Notes: generated by a model not told the origin, from the sequence alone. Counted from the first letter of the stretch, positions 28,028 to 38,883 are shown. The stretch: DNA of 64,000 bases from Candidatus Woesebacteria bacterium RIFCSPHIGHO2_01_FULL_39_32 (GCA_001792345.1 MGGJ01000001.1:153710-217709); one strand, 5' to 3'. A program made the numbers and translations.

Positions 28028-29965
28028 ATGTTTTTGGGAAAAAATATAAATGTCAAGTTATTTTTATTTGTGACTTTCGCAGTTACAGTAATTAATTTAA
28101 TAATCCTTCAACCAGTAATTAAATATCAATTAATCGAACTTGCAGATGATTGGATATGGATGGTTTATTACAAATCCTTGTCCCATATGCCTCTTCTAGC
28201 TAAACTTTGGTATATCTGGAAAAAGGTTGGTATTCATGAGAGTGGTTATGCTATATACGTGGGACTTTTAGGGGAGATTCTTGGTATGAATTACCAGGCA
28301 TATAACTACGTGAATATTTTTTTTAAAATACTTTCTGCGGTAACGCTCTTTCCTCTGATCTTAATTGTTTTTAAAAATAGATTATTGGCTACTATTACTA
28401 CTTTTATCTATGGAATTACTTCGGCCTCCACAGGATCTTTGTACTGGATGATGAAAGGAGGAATGTATCTGGGAATTACTTTTATGAATTTATTTTTGTT
28501 ATCCTACTATTTTGCTGTTACAAAGAAAAAAATCTTTTGGCTAATACTTTCCTCGATACTAATATTTATAACGTACATTAGTTCGGCAGTAAGAGTTTAT
28601 CCGGTTTTTCCGATTATTATATTAATAGAAACTATTTGGCTTATTTTTAATCGTTCAAAAGGGGATGGCAAATTCTTACAAATAAAAGTACGTGAGTTAA
28701 AAACTTCAATAATACGAATTGTTGCCTTTTTCCTACCAGTGTTCTTGGTAGCATCACGAGCCCCAGTTTCTCCTCACGGCTTTATCGGAAGGAAAACCGT
28801 AATGCTTTTAACTGACATCAAAAACGGAAATTTACACGATTTGCTTTCTCCTCTTGCTGGAATTGGATCTTCATTTTTACCTAATTATTTTTGGAAATAT
28901 TTTGGAGATATAAACCCGAAAACTTTTGCAAGCTTCGGTAATTATTTAATTTTTCTTTTCAAACGACCACTTCCAATATTCTTTTTAGCCACTATTATTC
29001 TTTCGAGATTAATTTCCAAAAGGCCTAAAAGATTTATTGTTATTGTATTAATTCTTAATTTTATTTTTGAACTTATGTTGTTTCCTATTACTACTTACCA
29101 TTTTAGTATTCCGAAAGAGTTAGTGTTTGAATACGATAGTGTTATTTTCTACTTTATTAAATACCCTACACTAATGGCTGTGTACGTACTTAGCGTTGCT
29201 ATCGCGAGTTTTTTTGAAATGAGGTTTGATGCGAAAAATAAATTACTGTTGACTTTATGGGTAGGTCCTTTATTTTCGGCTATATTTATGTTGTCGATGT
29301 GGATACTAATTGGGTTTCTGGTTAATGCGTATAGTAGCACTGGATATTATTTCGCCATACCCGCAATAGGAATGTCGCTTTTTACATCCTCAATTCTTGT
29401 ATTAATGTATGAAAGATCCAAAGATAGAAAATTATTTAATCTGATACCTCTTGTTGTTATCATTGGGTTCTTAATTTCATTTTATAAAACAAGTAAACTT
29501 GAAATTCACAGAGATTTTACAAGCGATAATCCCGGAAAGATTACAATTCAAGACGTGAATATTTTGCATAGTAATTTATTGGAAGATTTGGGAGACGCCT
29601 CTAAGTCTGGTAATATATTGATATATTTTGAAATTCCTAACGCTACAGCTTCCGGTAATCTGAGACTGGGACTTTTAGGTTTCCCTCAGATGGTTGTTTG
29701 GCAGCGAAACAATGAAGGTATTGGATGTGTGGATTCGTTAACAGATAAAGAAAAACTTCAAATGGCATTTCGATCTGATACGCAGAAACAGGGATTTAAT
29801 TCAAAAGGAGAGTGTGTGTTTAAGACGTCGGTCCCAACAATCAACGAATATGCCGATAAAGAAAATATTTTTTATACAACCAACGATTTTTATGCTTACA
29901 GATTTGATGGTTTAACCCCCATTGATATTCGTGGCGAAGTTCTTGCAGAATTGGCGAATAAATAA
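28028..29965 (+). CDS. large polytopic membrane protein, putative GT-C-fold glycosyltransferase
   Basis: 645 aa with 12 or more TM helices and a C-terminal soluble domain of ~150 aa. Context. Confidence 0.4.
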   Translation: MFLGKNINVKLFLFVTFAVTVINLIILQPVIKYQLIELADDWIWMVYYKSLSHMPLLAKLWYIWKKVGIHESGYAIYVGLLGEILGMNYQAYNYVNIFFKILSAVTLFPLILIVFKNRLLATITTFIYGITSASTGSLYWMMKGGMYLGITFMNLFLLSYYFAVTKKKIFWLILSSILIFITYISSAVRVYPVFPIIILIETIWLIFNRSKGDGKFLQIKVRELKTSIIRIVAFFLPVFLVASRAPVSPHGFIGRKTVMLLTDIKNGNLHDLLSPLAGIGSSFLPNYFWKYFGDINPKTFASFGNYLIFLFKRPLPIFFLATIILSRLISKRPKRFIVIVLILNFIFELMLFPITTYHFSIPKELVFEYDSVIFYFIKYPTLMAVYVLSVAIASFFEMRFDAKNKLLLTLWVGPLFSAIFMLSMWILIGFLVNAYSSTGYYFAIPAIGMSLFTSSILVLMYERSKDRKLFNLIPLVVIIGFLISFYKTSKLEIHRDFTSDNPGKITIQDVNILHSNLLEDLGDASKSGNILIYFEIPNATASGNLRLGLLGFPQMVVWQRNNEGIGCVDSLTDKEKLQMAFRSDTQKQGFNSKGECVFKTSVPTINEYADKENIFYTTNDFYAYRFDGLTPIDIRGEVLAELANK

Positions 29966-29967
29966 TA

Positions 29968-30816
29968 ATGAGATCTTCAGAGATTTACTCAAAAAAGAAA
30001 GTTAACAATATTTCTAGAATTCTTGAAAATGTTGGCGATATTGCACTTAGAAAACGTGCTGAATGGCTAATTAATAACTTGCATTTGAAAAAAGGAGAAA
30101 AAGCACTAGACGTGGGTTGCGGTGATGGGTTTTATCTGCACATATTGTCTAAATTAAAAATCAACCTAAAACTTTATGGTATAGATAACGATAAAAAGGC
30201 GTTAATAACTGTAGCGGCACGTTTTAAGAAAAAAGAAGTAAAACTCTTTTGGTGTGATTTGATGAGGAAATTACCGTATAAAAGTAATAGTTTCGATAAG
30301 GTTATAATGAGCGAGGTATTAGAACATCTTCAAGACGACAAGGTGGGGTTGAAAGAAGTTTATAGAGTTCTAAAACCAAATGGAATTCTTTGTCTTTCAG
30401 TACCAAATCATCGATATCCTTTCCTTTGGGACCCCGTTAACTGGACACTTGAGCATATGCTTAAAACTCATCTAAAGTCTGGATTTTGGGCAGGAATTTG
30501 GAATCAGCATATAAGACTATATGAAAAAAGAGAACTTAAAGAGATTGTTAAAAATGCTGGATTTAAAGTTAGAAAGATACAATCTTTGACTCAGTGGAGT
30601 TTACCTTTTAATCATTACTTGGTTAATTTAGGTGCACGTCTTCTTACTAAAAAAAGTTTTAACGTTGTAACCAGTGGAGCTAATAAGTTCGAAGAAAATG
30701 TCAAAAGATCTTTTACGGTAAATACCTTTTTTGCAATTAGTAATTTGATTGACCGTTTAAATAGTTCGAAAGAATTAGAAGTTGGAGTATCCTTGGTTGT
30801 CAGCGCTAAAAAGTAA
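29968..30816 (+). CDS. class-I SAM-dependent methyltransferase
   Basis: ALDVGCGDGFY motif I; RVLKPNGILCLSVPN motif. Confidence 0.7.
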   Translation: MRSSEIYSKKKVNNISRILENVGDIALRKRAEWLINNLHLKKGEKALDVGCGDGFYLHILSKLKINLKLYGIDNDKKALITVAARFKKKEVKLFWCDLMRKLPYKSNSFDKVIMSEVLEHLQDDKVGLKEVYRVLKPNGILCLSVPNHRYPFLWDPVNWTLEHMLKTHLKSGFWAGIWNQHIRLYEKRELKEIVKNAGFKVRKIQSLTQWSLPFNHYLVNLGARLLTKKSFNVVTSGANKFEENVKRSFTVNTFFAISNLIDRLNSSKELEVGVSLVVSAKK

Positions 30817-30865
30817 CTAGCATTTATTGTTATTTTAAAAAACGTTGATATACTAGAATAGCAAT

Positions 30866-31339
30866 ATGCCACGAAGTAAAAAAATATTCTTTTTAATTTC
30901 CTTGTTAATTATCATTGGTCTTTTTGTTTTAAATGCAAAATCTGCAAATCCCAATAATCAACCGTACTATAACGCAAAACGCTTGTATGAAAAAACTTTA
31001 TTAGCACTTAAAACCAATCCCGAAAAAAAGTTAGATTACCAACTCAGTCTTTTAGATAAAAGACTGAGTGAGCTATCCTTTATTGTACTAAATGGAAAAT
31101 CGGAGCATATTTTAAAAACATCTTTGAGATACTCAACAACTGCGGGACAGTCTACAGAACAAGTCATAAATAATAATTTGAAAGGAAGATCTGATGGAGT
31201 AAAACAAAAATTGGAATCGCATCTTAAAGTAGTCGACAATCTTGTGGCTAATTATCCAAAAGACGATGGACAGAAAAAATTTGTAATCGATGCTAGCAAT
31301 TACTTAAAAACTTACATAATTCAGTTAACAACAAATTAG
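30866..31339 (+). CDS. small secreted/membrane-anchored hypothetical protein
   Basis: 157 aa with an N-terminal hydrophobic signal/anchor (FFLISLLIIIGLFVLNA), then a hydrophilic domain. Confidence 0.4.
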   Translation: MPRSKKIFFLISLLIIIGLFVLNAKSANPNNQPYYNAKRLYEKTLLALKTNPEKKLDYQLSLLDKRLSELSFIVLNGKSEHILKTSLRYSTTAGQSTEQVINNNLKGRSDGVKQKLESHLKVVDNLVANYPKDDGQKKFVIDASNYLKTYIIQLTTN

Positions 31340-31369
31340 AATACCACTATAAAGAAAGCTCCAACAAAA

Positions 31370-32149
31370 ATGTATGAAGAAATTGACGCTGTACTTATCG
31401 ATTTAGAAAAATATTTAAAGAAATTTCTTCGGACTAACAAACCGCTAAAACATTTAATGCGGGATTCTTTTGTAGATCATAAAGGTAGGTACAAAAGCGA
31501 TTTGCAAATAATATCAAAATTTTGTAACAAGAAAGGTAGGATACTTGATGTTGGATCTGCACCGTGTCATTTAATTTATTGCCTTTCCAAACTGGGATAC
31601 AATGTTGTAGGACTCGATATAGATCCAAGCGTTGTCGGACCCTTTTTAAAAGAAAATAAATTAGTTGTTATAAAATGTGACTTAGAGGTCGATACCATTC
31701 CTTTTAAAAGAAAGAGCTTCGATTTTATAATTTTTAACGAAATATTTGAGCACTTGAAAATAGATCCTATCGGGACATTAAAAAAAATTCACTCTCTGTT
31801 AAAACCCGGTGGTCTTTTTATATTAACTACACCGAACCTTTATTCAATCCACAAAATTATTATGTTTAATTTGGGGATGAGCTTTAATAATGCATATTTT
31901 GAATTTAAAAAAATGGAGAAATATGGATACATGGGGCATATTCGTGAATACTCAACTAAGGAGATGAGACTACTTCTTGAAGAAGCTGGATTTAAAATTA
32001 TTAAAGTATTATACAGGAATTACAGTCGTTTCTCCGACAACAACTTAATCAAAAAAATGCGCCTTGTTCCATTAGCCTATGGTCTTGACTTATTTTCTTA
32101 CATAGTACCTAAATTGCGGTTTTCTCAAGTGATTATTTGCAAATCATAA
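31370..32149 (+). CDS. class-I SAM-dependent methyltransferase
   Basis: ILDVGSAPCHL motif I; LKPGGLFILTTPN. Confidence 0.65.
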   Translation: MYEEIDAVLIDLEKYLKKFLRTNKPLKHLMRDSFVDHKGRYKSDLQIISKFCNKKGRILDVGSAPCHLIYCLSKLGYNVVGLDIDPSVVGPFLKENKLVVIKCDLEVDTIPFKRKSFDFIIFNEIFEHLKIDPIGTLKKIHSLLKPGGLFILTTPNLYSIHKIIMFNLGMSFNNAYFEFKKMEKYGYMGHIREYSTKEMRLLLEEAGFKIIKVLYRNYSRFSDNNLIKKMRLVPLAYGLDLFSYIVPKLRFSQVIICKS

Positions 32150-32156
32150 TTAACGT

Positions 32157-33095
32157 ATGTCGAGAAAGAAAAATTTATTAAATTTGGTAGATAAGGCGAT
32201 TAAAAAATACTTTCAGGAATCAAATACGCTGCAATTTTTGGCTGATAATAGATATAACAGGCGAATTTTTTCAACAACAGGCCAGTACGATTGGTTTTCG
32301 GGGCAGCTTTTGTACTTTTTAGTAAGACACACCAAGCCAAAAATTATAGTCGAGATTTCAACTTCATCCGGCTACTCAACACTTTTTATGGCTTTAGGCT
32401 TAAAGAAAAATGGTTTTGGCAAAATCCATACGTTTGATATGGACGCAAAAGCATTAAAAGCAGCCGAGAAGAACTTTAAGAAGTATAAAGTAAAAAAATT
32501 TGTTAAAACTCACTTAGGAGATGCGCGAGTCGAAATAGATAAAATAAAAAATCTAAAACATGCTGGCCTTTATTTTCTTGACTCAGAGCATACAGAAGAA
32601 TTTGCCCAGTGGTTTATCGAAAAACTTGTCGTTCCAGCAAAAGAAAGTGCGCTCTTTACCACGCACGATATCATGCCTGTCTACGCGAAAGTTCGAAAAT
32701 ACAACGGCCCTCCATGGACTTTTACCAACTTACATTTTTATAGAACCCTATTATTTAAATTTAAAAGCAAAGTTGAGGGAATAGATTTAGGTTTGGAGAA
32801 TCTAAAACTTAACATAAAAAAGCCAAAAAGTAAAAATGGACTTTATGTTTATGATGGCAACGAAGGTTCGGAGCCATCATTTGGCAATAAACTTGTATCG
32901 TACATGGAAAAGGGAGAGTATCTCTATTGCTACGATATCGCCGACAAGTATGCAAAATTACTCCAAAGTCGAAAATATGATTACTTTGCACGAGGATTCC
33001 AAAATGAAGAAGGGAAACCTTATGAATGGAATCATTCTCTTTGGGCTTATTCCGGCGCAGTAAAGGCTGCATATCAAAAGTTCTTACTTACTTAA
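32157..33095 (+). CDS. class-I SAM-dependent methyltransferase-like (O-methyltransferase family-3-like core)
   Basis: IVEISTSSGYSTLFMALGL...GKIHTFDMD...LGDAR resembles the catechol-OMT-like family-3 fold. A long C-terminal extension follows. Confidence 0.45.
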   Translation: MSRKKNLLNLVDKAIKKYFQESNTLQFLADNRYNRRIFSTTGQYDWFSGQLLYFLVRHTKPKIIVEISTSSGYSTLFMALGLKKNGFGKIHTFDMDAKALKAAEKNFKKYKVKKFVKTHLGDARVEIDKIKNLKHAGLYFLDSEHTEEFAQWFIEKLVVPAKESALFTTHDIMPVYAKVRKYNGPPWTFTNLHFYRTLLFKFKSKVEGIDLGLENLKLNIKKPKSKNGLYVYDGNEGSEPSFGNKLVSYMEKGEYLYCYDIADKYAKLLQSRKYDYFARGFQNEEGKPYEWNHSLWAYSGAVKAAYQKFLLT

Positions 33096-33189
33096 TTTTC
33101 TTCGTAATATATTGTCCAAACTTTCTATTTAGATTTGTATATATGAAGAATTGTTATATCATTAGACGAAAATGGATGGCCGTTAATTA

Positions 33190-34842
33190 ATGAATAATTC
33201 GAGAAACAAAATTGTCGCCATTATTCCTGCGGGAGGCATGCCAAATAATATTCTTACTCAGTCTGGCAATCTTCCCGATGCAATGGTTCCGATAAATTGC
33301 AAACCTGTAATTGGCTATATTATTGAAGATCTTATTGAGCGAGGAATAAGAAAAGTATTTGTAATACTAAATTCGTCTGACGAATATACGGAAAGCTACC
33401 TTAAAAATAAGTTTAAAGACAAGCTTTTTATCAACGTAATTTATCAAGATTTCTTAGAAAGAGGTGTGGGATATGCAGTTTATTTGGCCGTGAAAAACAT
33501 TTCAAGAAACGAAAAAGTATTAGTTTATTTAGGGGATACTATTTACAAAGGTAAACTTACGTTTAATGAGAACGCTCTTGTAACGTCAAACATTTATGAA
33601 GAAAGTACCAAATGGTGTTTTGTAGAAAACAAAAAAGAAGGATTATTATTTATAGATAAACCAAAAAATTACCTCGGCGAGGGAAAGGTGTTATGTGGTT
33701 TGTATTTTTTTAAGAAGGGAGCATTGGTTAGAAAGGTAGCGGAGGAGCTAGTAAGAAATATTAAAAAGATCGAAATGAGCGACATTCTAACAATCTATAG
33801 CGAAAATCAAAAATTCAAGTTGGTAAATGCAAAAAGATGGTACGATTGCGGGAACATTGAGAATTATTACAAAGCAAAGATAGATTTTTTAAAAGTAAGG
33901 CACTTTAACAAATTAATATACAATGATCTTTTTGGAAGTATTACAAAATCAAGTAATAACAGCGAGGATTTTAATAAAATTGACGACGAGATTAATTGGT
34001 ATCTAAATTTACCACAAGATCTTCAAATATTTGCTCCAAGACTAATTGATTATAGAAAAACTAAAAGAAACTCGAATTATTCATTGGAATTTTATGGGTA
34101 CCAAAGCTTAGCTGATTTATTTGTTTTTAATAGTTTGGATTTGAGAGTTTGGACTTCAATAATTAAAAAGTTGTTTGAAATAATTGAAGAATTCCGAAAA
34201 TATAAGGTGGACATTCCATATAAGAATTACTATGAAATGTACTACGTTAAAACGATTAAAAGAATAGAAATGTTAGAAAAAAGAAAATATTGGCAAGAAA
34301 CTTTTTCTAAAGAATATGTTTTGATTAACGGAAATAAGATAAAAAATATTAAATATTATTTAGACGCTATTAAGGTTTCTGTTAAGAAGCTTTACACAAA
34401 GAAGGAAATGGCGTTTATACATGGCGATCTTTGTTTGGGAAACATTCTTTTTGACCCAACCAATAAGATTTTTAAGTTTATCGATCCAAGGGGAAGTTTT
34501 GGAAAACAATCTGTTTATGGTGATTTGAAATATGATCTTGGGAAGTTAAGACATAGTTTCCACGGGCTTTATGATTTTATTACAAGCGATCTTTTTACAA
34601 TTAAAAAAGATGGGTTTAGATATTTATTTAAAATCTATTCTGAAGGGCGCCATAAGGATATTGGTAATATTTTTGACAAAGAGCTTATCAAAAATGGTTT
34701 TAATCTCGAGAAAATAAAACTCATTGAGGCATTACTCTTTGCTTCAATGATACCAATACACAAAGATTCACTTGAAAGGCAGAAAGCAATGTATCTCACT
34801 TCAGCGATTTTGTTAAACGAAATAGATTTCACAGCTTTATAG
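33190..34842 (+). CDS. bifunctional sugar-phosphate (or phosphocholine) nucleotidyltransferase / APH-like small-molecule kinase
   Basis: N-terminal IVAIIPAGGMPNN...LPDAMVPINCKPVIGYIIEDL matches the NTP-transferase fold. C-terminal IHGDLCLGNILFD...FIDPRG is the Brenner/APH-choline-kinase catalytic motif. Confidence 0.65.
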   Translation: MNNSRNKIVAIIPAGGMPNNILTQSGNLPDAMVPINCKPVIGYIIEDLIERGIRKVFVILNSSDEYTESYLKNKFKDKLFINVIYQDFLERGVGYAVYLAVKNISRNEKVLVYLGDTIYKGKLTFNENALVTSNIYEESTKWCFVENKKEGLLFIDKPKNYLGEGKVLCGLYFFKKGALVRKVAEELVRNIKKIEMSDILTIYSENQKFKLVNAKRWYDCGNIENYYKAKIDFLKVRHFNKLIYNDLFGSITKSSNNSEDFNKIDDEINWYLNLPQDLQIFAPRLIDYRKTKRNSNYSLEFYGYQSLADLFVFNSLDLRVWTSIIKKLFEIIEEFRKYKVDIPYKNYYEMYYVKTIKRIEMLEKRKYWQETFSKEYVLINGNKIKNIKYYLDAIKVSVKKLYTKKEMAFIHGDLCLGNILFDPTNKIFKFIDPRGSFGKQSVYGDLKYDLGKLRHSFHGLYDFITSDLFTIKKDGFRYLFKIYSEGRHKDIGNIFDKELIKNGFNLEKIKLIEALLFASMIPIHKDSLERQKAMYLTSAILLNEIDFTAL

Positions 34843-34843
34843 T

Positions 34844-35605
34844 ATGAAGCTAACAATTAACAATTCTTTTAAACAGGGTGTAAACATTTTAATACCCATG
34901 TCTGGAGCTGGAAGCAGATTCGTAAAAGCTGGCCATACAGCCCCAAAACCATTAATAAAAGTAAAAGGTAAAACGATGATCGAATGGGCGATGAAATCGT
35001 TTAATTTTTTAAATAACATACCTAGGTATCGAATTATTTTTATAATCAGAAGATCCGATATTGATAATTATAAGATCGATAAAACTCTAAAAAGTTTATT
35101 CGGAAAAGAAATTATACTGGTAGTAAAAGATAGTAATGAAGTTAAAGGTCAGGCATACGATTGCTTACTTGCAAGAAACTACATCGACACCCAAAACCCA
35201 CTTTTTATATATAATTGTGATACATATTCGCTTTCAAATGTTTGGGATGTTGTTTTAAAGTGGGATCCGGATGGTGTAATACCATATTTTAAAAGCAATA
35301 ATCCTCGATACAGCTTTATTAAAATTGATGAAAAAGGAAATATCATACAAACTACAGAGAAAGTTCCCATATCGATGATGGCTTCTTCCGGAATGTATTA
35401 CTTTAAAATGGGCCATGATTTTTGTGAAGCAGCTGAGGAAATGATATCCGAGAATGAGTCTTACAACAAAGAATACTATGTAATACCTACTTATAATCGA
35501 TTGATAAAAAAAGGGAAAATAGTTAAACCAGCAAAAGCAACTCTTAATTGGATTCTTGGAACACCAGAAGAAATGGAGCGCTTTATCCAATTTTACAAGA
35601 GATAA
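34844..35605 (+). CDS. nucleotidyltransferase (sugar-phosphate/LicC-like NTP transferase fold)
   Basis: LIPMSGAGSRFVKAGHTAPKPLIKVKGKTMIEW, the G-X-G-X-R...K-P-L signature. Confidence 0.6.
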   Translation: MKLTINNSFKQGVNILIPMSGAGSRFVKAGHTAPKPLIKVKGKTMIEWAMKSFNFLNNIPRYRIIFIIRRSDIDNYKIDKTLKSLFGKEIILVVKDSNEVKGQAYDCLLARNYIDTQNPLFIYNCDTYSLSNVWDVVLKWDPDGVIPYFKSNNPRYSFIKIDEKGNIIQTTEKVPISMMASSGMYYFKMGHDFCEAAEEMISENESYNKEYYVIPTYNRLIKKGKIVKPAKATLNWILGTPEEMERFIQFYKR

Positions 35606-35653
35606 ATTTGAAAACTGCTGTTCGATCGAGTAAATTGATATATAATCTTCATC

Positions 35654-36037
35654 ATGAGAATATGTATAGACTTAGATGGGGTAATTTGTGAAGTAAGGAG
35701 GAAGAATCAATCATACGAGGATGTAAAACCCTTACCAGGAGCAATCGAAAAAATTCAAGAATTAAAAAGTAAAGGTCACTATATTATTATTTCTACCTCT
35801 CGGCACATGAAGACTACAGACGGCAATGTAAATAAAATATTAGCAAAAGTAGGAGAAATAACACTTACTTGGTTAAGAAAACATAAGATTCCATTTGACG
35901 AGATAAATTTTGGTAAACCTTACGCTCATATTTATATCGATGATAAAGCTGTTCGCTTTAGTGGATGGAAAAAAATAAGAGGAGATGGGGGTAACCTCCC
36001 TCTTAAAAAGGAAGATAAAGAGTTTAAAGTCAAATGA
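35654..36037 (+). CDS. HAD-superfamily-like small phosphatase
   Basis: Begins MRICIDLDGVIC (DxDG motif). 127 aa, downstream Lys and YIDD (motif IV-like). Confidence 0.4.
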   Translation: MRICIDLDGVICEVRRKNQSYEDVKPLPGAIEKIQELKSKGHYIIISTSRHMKTTDGNVNKILAKVGEITLTWLRKHKIPFDEINFGKPYAHIYIDDKAVRFSGWKKIRGDGGNLPLKKEDKEFKVK

Positions 36038-37797
36038 TAGTCGTAGGTTTTTACAAAGGACACAACGCGACAGCCTGTGTTCTTAAAGACGGAAAGATAT
36101 TAGCTAGCGCCAGCGAGGAACGTTTTGTACGGATAAAAAACGTTGATACTTTCCCAACGAACTCAATTAAATTTTGCCTCGATTTTATAGGCGCAAAAGT
36201 TGCCGATGTTGATCTTTTTGTTAGAACCTACAAACACGCTGAAGGCTTTGTTACTTCTAAGGGTAAAACAGTAATGACAAAACCACTAGAGTATCAAAGA
36301 TGGCTTGCAAAAACCTTTGATCGGTTACTCTTTTACTTACCGAGTTTAAATTCACTGACCAGAGAGACATATGCATACTTCTCAAAATTTCTTTTGACTC
36401 CTTACTATCAATCGAAATTTAGAACCAATATGGCCAACTTCCTGAAAGTGGATCCCCAAAAAATTATATTTGCAGATCATCACTCGTGCCACGCATATGC
36501 TCCGTATTATGGATTTATTACTAATGAAGAAAAGAAACAAGATTATTTAGTGATTACACTAGACGGGGAAGGAGACGAAGACTGCGGTGGCATTTGGCTT
36601 GTAAAATCCGGTAAGTGGGAAAAAATTGCAACTGTATCATATGGTGATTCTATCGCGGCATTTTACGGTTACATTACAAGTTACTTGGGAATGAAAATAA
36701 ATGAACACGAATATAAGGTTATGGGGTTAGCCCCTTATGTTTCCGAATACGAAATTAAAAAAGTATATCCAATATTTAAAGACCTTTTTTGGATAGATGA
36801 TAATCTTGTAATGCACTCAAAGATTCATTCCGGATCTTACCCCTATTATTTGGAGAAATATCTTAGGGGAATGCGTTTTGATGGCATTGCCGGCGCAGCA
36901 CAATTATTAGCAGAAAATGTTGCAATAGACCTTGTTAAAAAGGCAATACGAAAAACCGGTATCAAAAACATTATACTTTCCGGAGGGTTTTTCATGAATG
37001 TAAAGGTAAATCAAAAAATTGCGAAACTTTCAGAAGTAAAAAGATTGTTTGTCTGTCCATCAGCATCTGATGAATCGAGTGTATTCGGTGCTGCATATTT
37101 TGGCTTCAAATATCTTTGCAAAGAGAAAGGAATAAATTTCAGACCTGAAACCCTCGACAATTTATATCTTGGTCCTAATTTTGAAGACAAAGGATTGAAA
37201 AAGGCAATGATTAAAGCAAAGATATCAAAAAAATATAAAATTAATAAATATAAAAATATAGAAAAAGTTATCGCTGATCTTTTGGCTGAAGGTAAAATTG
37301 TCGGACGATTTACAGGACGTATGGAATGGGGAGCAAGAGCTTTAGGAAATAGATCAATTCTGATGGACCCGAGAAGTAAAGATAAAATTCGTGAACTTAA
37401 CGATCAGGTTAAATCAAGAGACTTTTGGATGCCTTTTGCAGCAACAATCATAGATGAATATAAAACCAAATATCTTAGAAATACTGATAAATCTGATGGT
37501 AGATTTATGGTAATGGCCTATGATACAACGGACCTTGGTAAGAAGAATTTAAGCGCGGCGATTCATCCATATGATGAGACTTGTAGACCGCAAATATTAA
37601 GTAGAATCGACAATCCTAAATACTATAAACTGATAAAATATTTTCAGGGCAAAACTGGCGTTGGTGCAGTTCTTAATACATCGTTCAATTACCATGGAGA
37701 ACCAATTGTTTGTACGCCGGACGATGCACTACATACATTTGAAGTTACAGGTTTAAAATATTTAGCATTGGAAAATTGCTTAATTGCCAAAGAATAA
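36034..37797 (+). CDS. NodU/CmcH-family carbamoyltransferase
   Basis: N-terminal ILGFYKGHNATACVLKDGKILASASEERFVRIKN is the ASKHA-like Carbam_trans_N signature. 587 aa, with a C-terminal YrdC/Kae1-like region. Confidence 0.75.
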   Translation: MIVVGFYKGHNATACVLKDGKILASASEERFVRIKNVDTFPTNSIKFCLDFIGAKVADVDLFVRTYKHAEGFVTSKGKTVMTKPLEYQRWLAKTFDRLLFYLPSLNSLTRETYAYFSKFLLTPYYQSKFRTNMANFLKVDPQKIIFADHHSCHAYAPYYGFITNEEKKQDYLVITLDGEGDEDCGGIWLVKSGKWEKIATVSYGDSIAAFYGYITSYLGMKINEHEYKVMGLAPYVSEYEIKKVYPIFKDLFWIDDNLVMHSKIHSGSYPYYLEKYLRGMRFDGIAGAAQLLAENVAIDLVKKAIRKTGIKNIILSGGFFMNVKVNQKIAKLSEVKRLFVCPSASDESSVFGAAYFGFKYLCKEKGINFRPETLDNLYLGPNFEDKGLKKAMIKAKISKKYKINKYKNIEKVIADLLAEGKIVGRFTGRMEWGARALGNRSILMDPRSKDKIRELNDQVKSRDFWMPFAATIIDEYKTKYLRNTDKSDGRFMVMAYDTTDLGKKNLSAAIHPYDETCRPQILSRIDNPKYYKLIKYFQGKTGVGAVLNTSFNYHGEPIVCTPDDALHTFEVTGLKYLALENCLIAKE

Positions 37798-37800
37798 AGT

Positions 37801-38883
37801 ATGAGACCATTAGTTTCATTGCTTATACTAACTTATAATAGGCCTGATCTTCTCAAGGCCTGTCTGAAAAGTGCCGTAGCATCAGATTATCCAAATCTCC
37901 AATTTATTATTTCCGATAACGGACAAATGGCGACAACACAGAATCTCATCAGGCGTGAATTTTCAGATGTTTTCGTAAAAGTTGTTTCTGCTGGCAGGAA
38001 TGTCGGTCTTACTGGTGGTTTTAATTACGGATTTAAATATTGTCGTGGTAAATATGTAATGCTTCTTTCCAACGATACAAAAATAGACAAAGGTGCGATT
38101 TCTAATATGGTGAATATGGTGGAAAAAGATAAGAAAATAGGCATCGTAGCACCAAAAGTAATACAGATGAAAAATAGTAATTATTTACACAGCGTTGGTA
38201 GTTTTTTTACTTATTCTGGAATTCTTTATCATTACGGTCTATCAAAAATCAAAAATAATCCGTTGTACGAGATACCCTATTACACCTTTAGTGCTAACGG
38301 TTCAGGGTTTATGATAAGACGGGATATCGTTAAAAAAACTGGGCTTTTTGAACAAGAATTTTTTGTTGCATATGATGAAAGCGATCTTTGTCATAGAGTC
38401 TGGCTTTCCGGACATACTATTGTCTATTGTCCAAAAGCAGAGCTTTTGCATCTTTGGGGTGCAACAATAGGGGGTACCGAAAAAGAAGAAAATCCGAAAG
38501 TATGGTTTCTCAATGATAGAAATAAAATAACTTCTTTTATAGTAAATCTTTCTTTAGCTAATTTATTGATTGTACTCGCTATTTTTAATAGCATTTTGAT
38601 TACGTGGTTTTTTGTAAATATTGTAAGAGGTAGAACTAAAACCGCAATCATGCTTCCCCAAGCCTATTGGTGGCACATAATTAATTTCAGAAAGACGCTC
38701 ATGAAAAGAAAGAAGGTTCAAACAAAAATTAGGAAAGTAAGTGACGAAGAAATATTTAAAAAGTGTATGCTAAATCCAAAAGTTAAGTATTATTATCTGC
38801 TTTACAGATATGGAGTAATAGAGGGACTAAAAAAATACAAAGATACTAAATTACCAGACAGGATATTATATTTATCCGAATGA
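37801..38883 (+). CDS. glycosyltransferase family 2 with C-terminal TM helices
   Basis: VSLLILTYNRPDLLKACL...FIISDNG; DES (DxD-like) motif; hydrophobic C-terminal segments. Confidence 0.7.
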   Translation: MRPLVSLLILTYNRPDLLKACLKSAVASDYPNLQFIISDNGQMATTQNLIRREFSDVFVKVVSAGRNVGLTGGFNYGFKYCRGKYVMLLSNDTKIDKGAISNMVNMVEKDKKIGIVAPKVIQMKNSNYLHSVGSFFTYSGILYHYGLSKIKNNPLYEIPYYTFSANGSGFMIRRDIVKKTGLFEQEFFVAYDESDLCHRVWLSGHTIVYCPKAELLHLWGATIGGTEKEENPKVWFLNDRNKITSFIVNLSLANLLIVLAIFNSILITWFFVNIVRGRTKTAIMLPQAYWWHIINFRKTLMKRKKVQTKIRKVSDEEIFKKCMLNPKVKYYYLLYRYGVIEGLKKYKDTKLPDRILYLSE

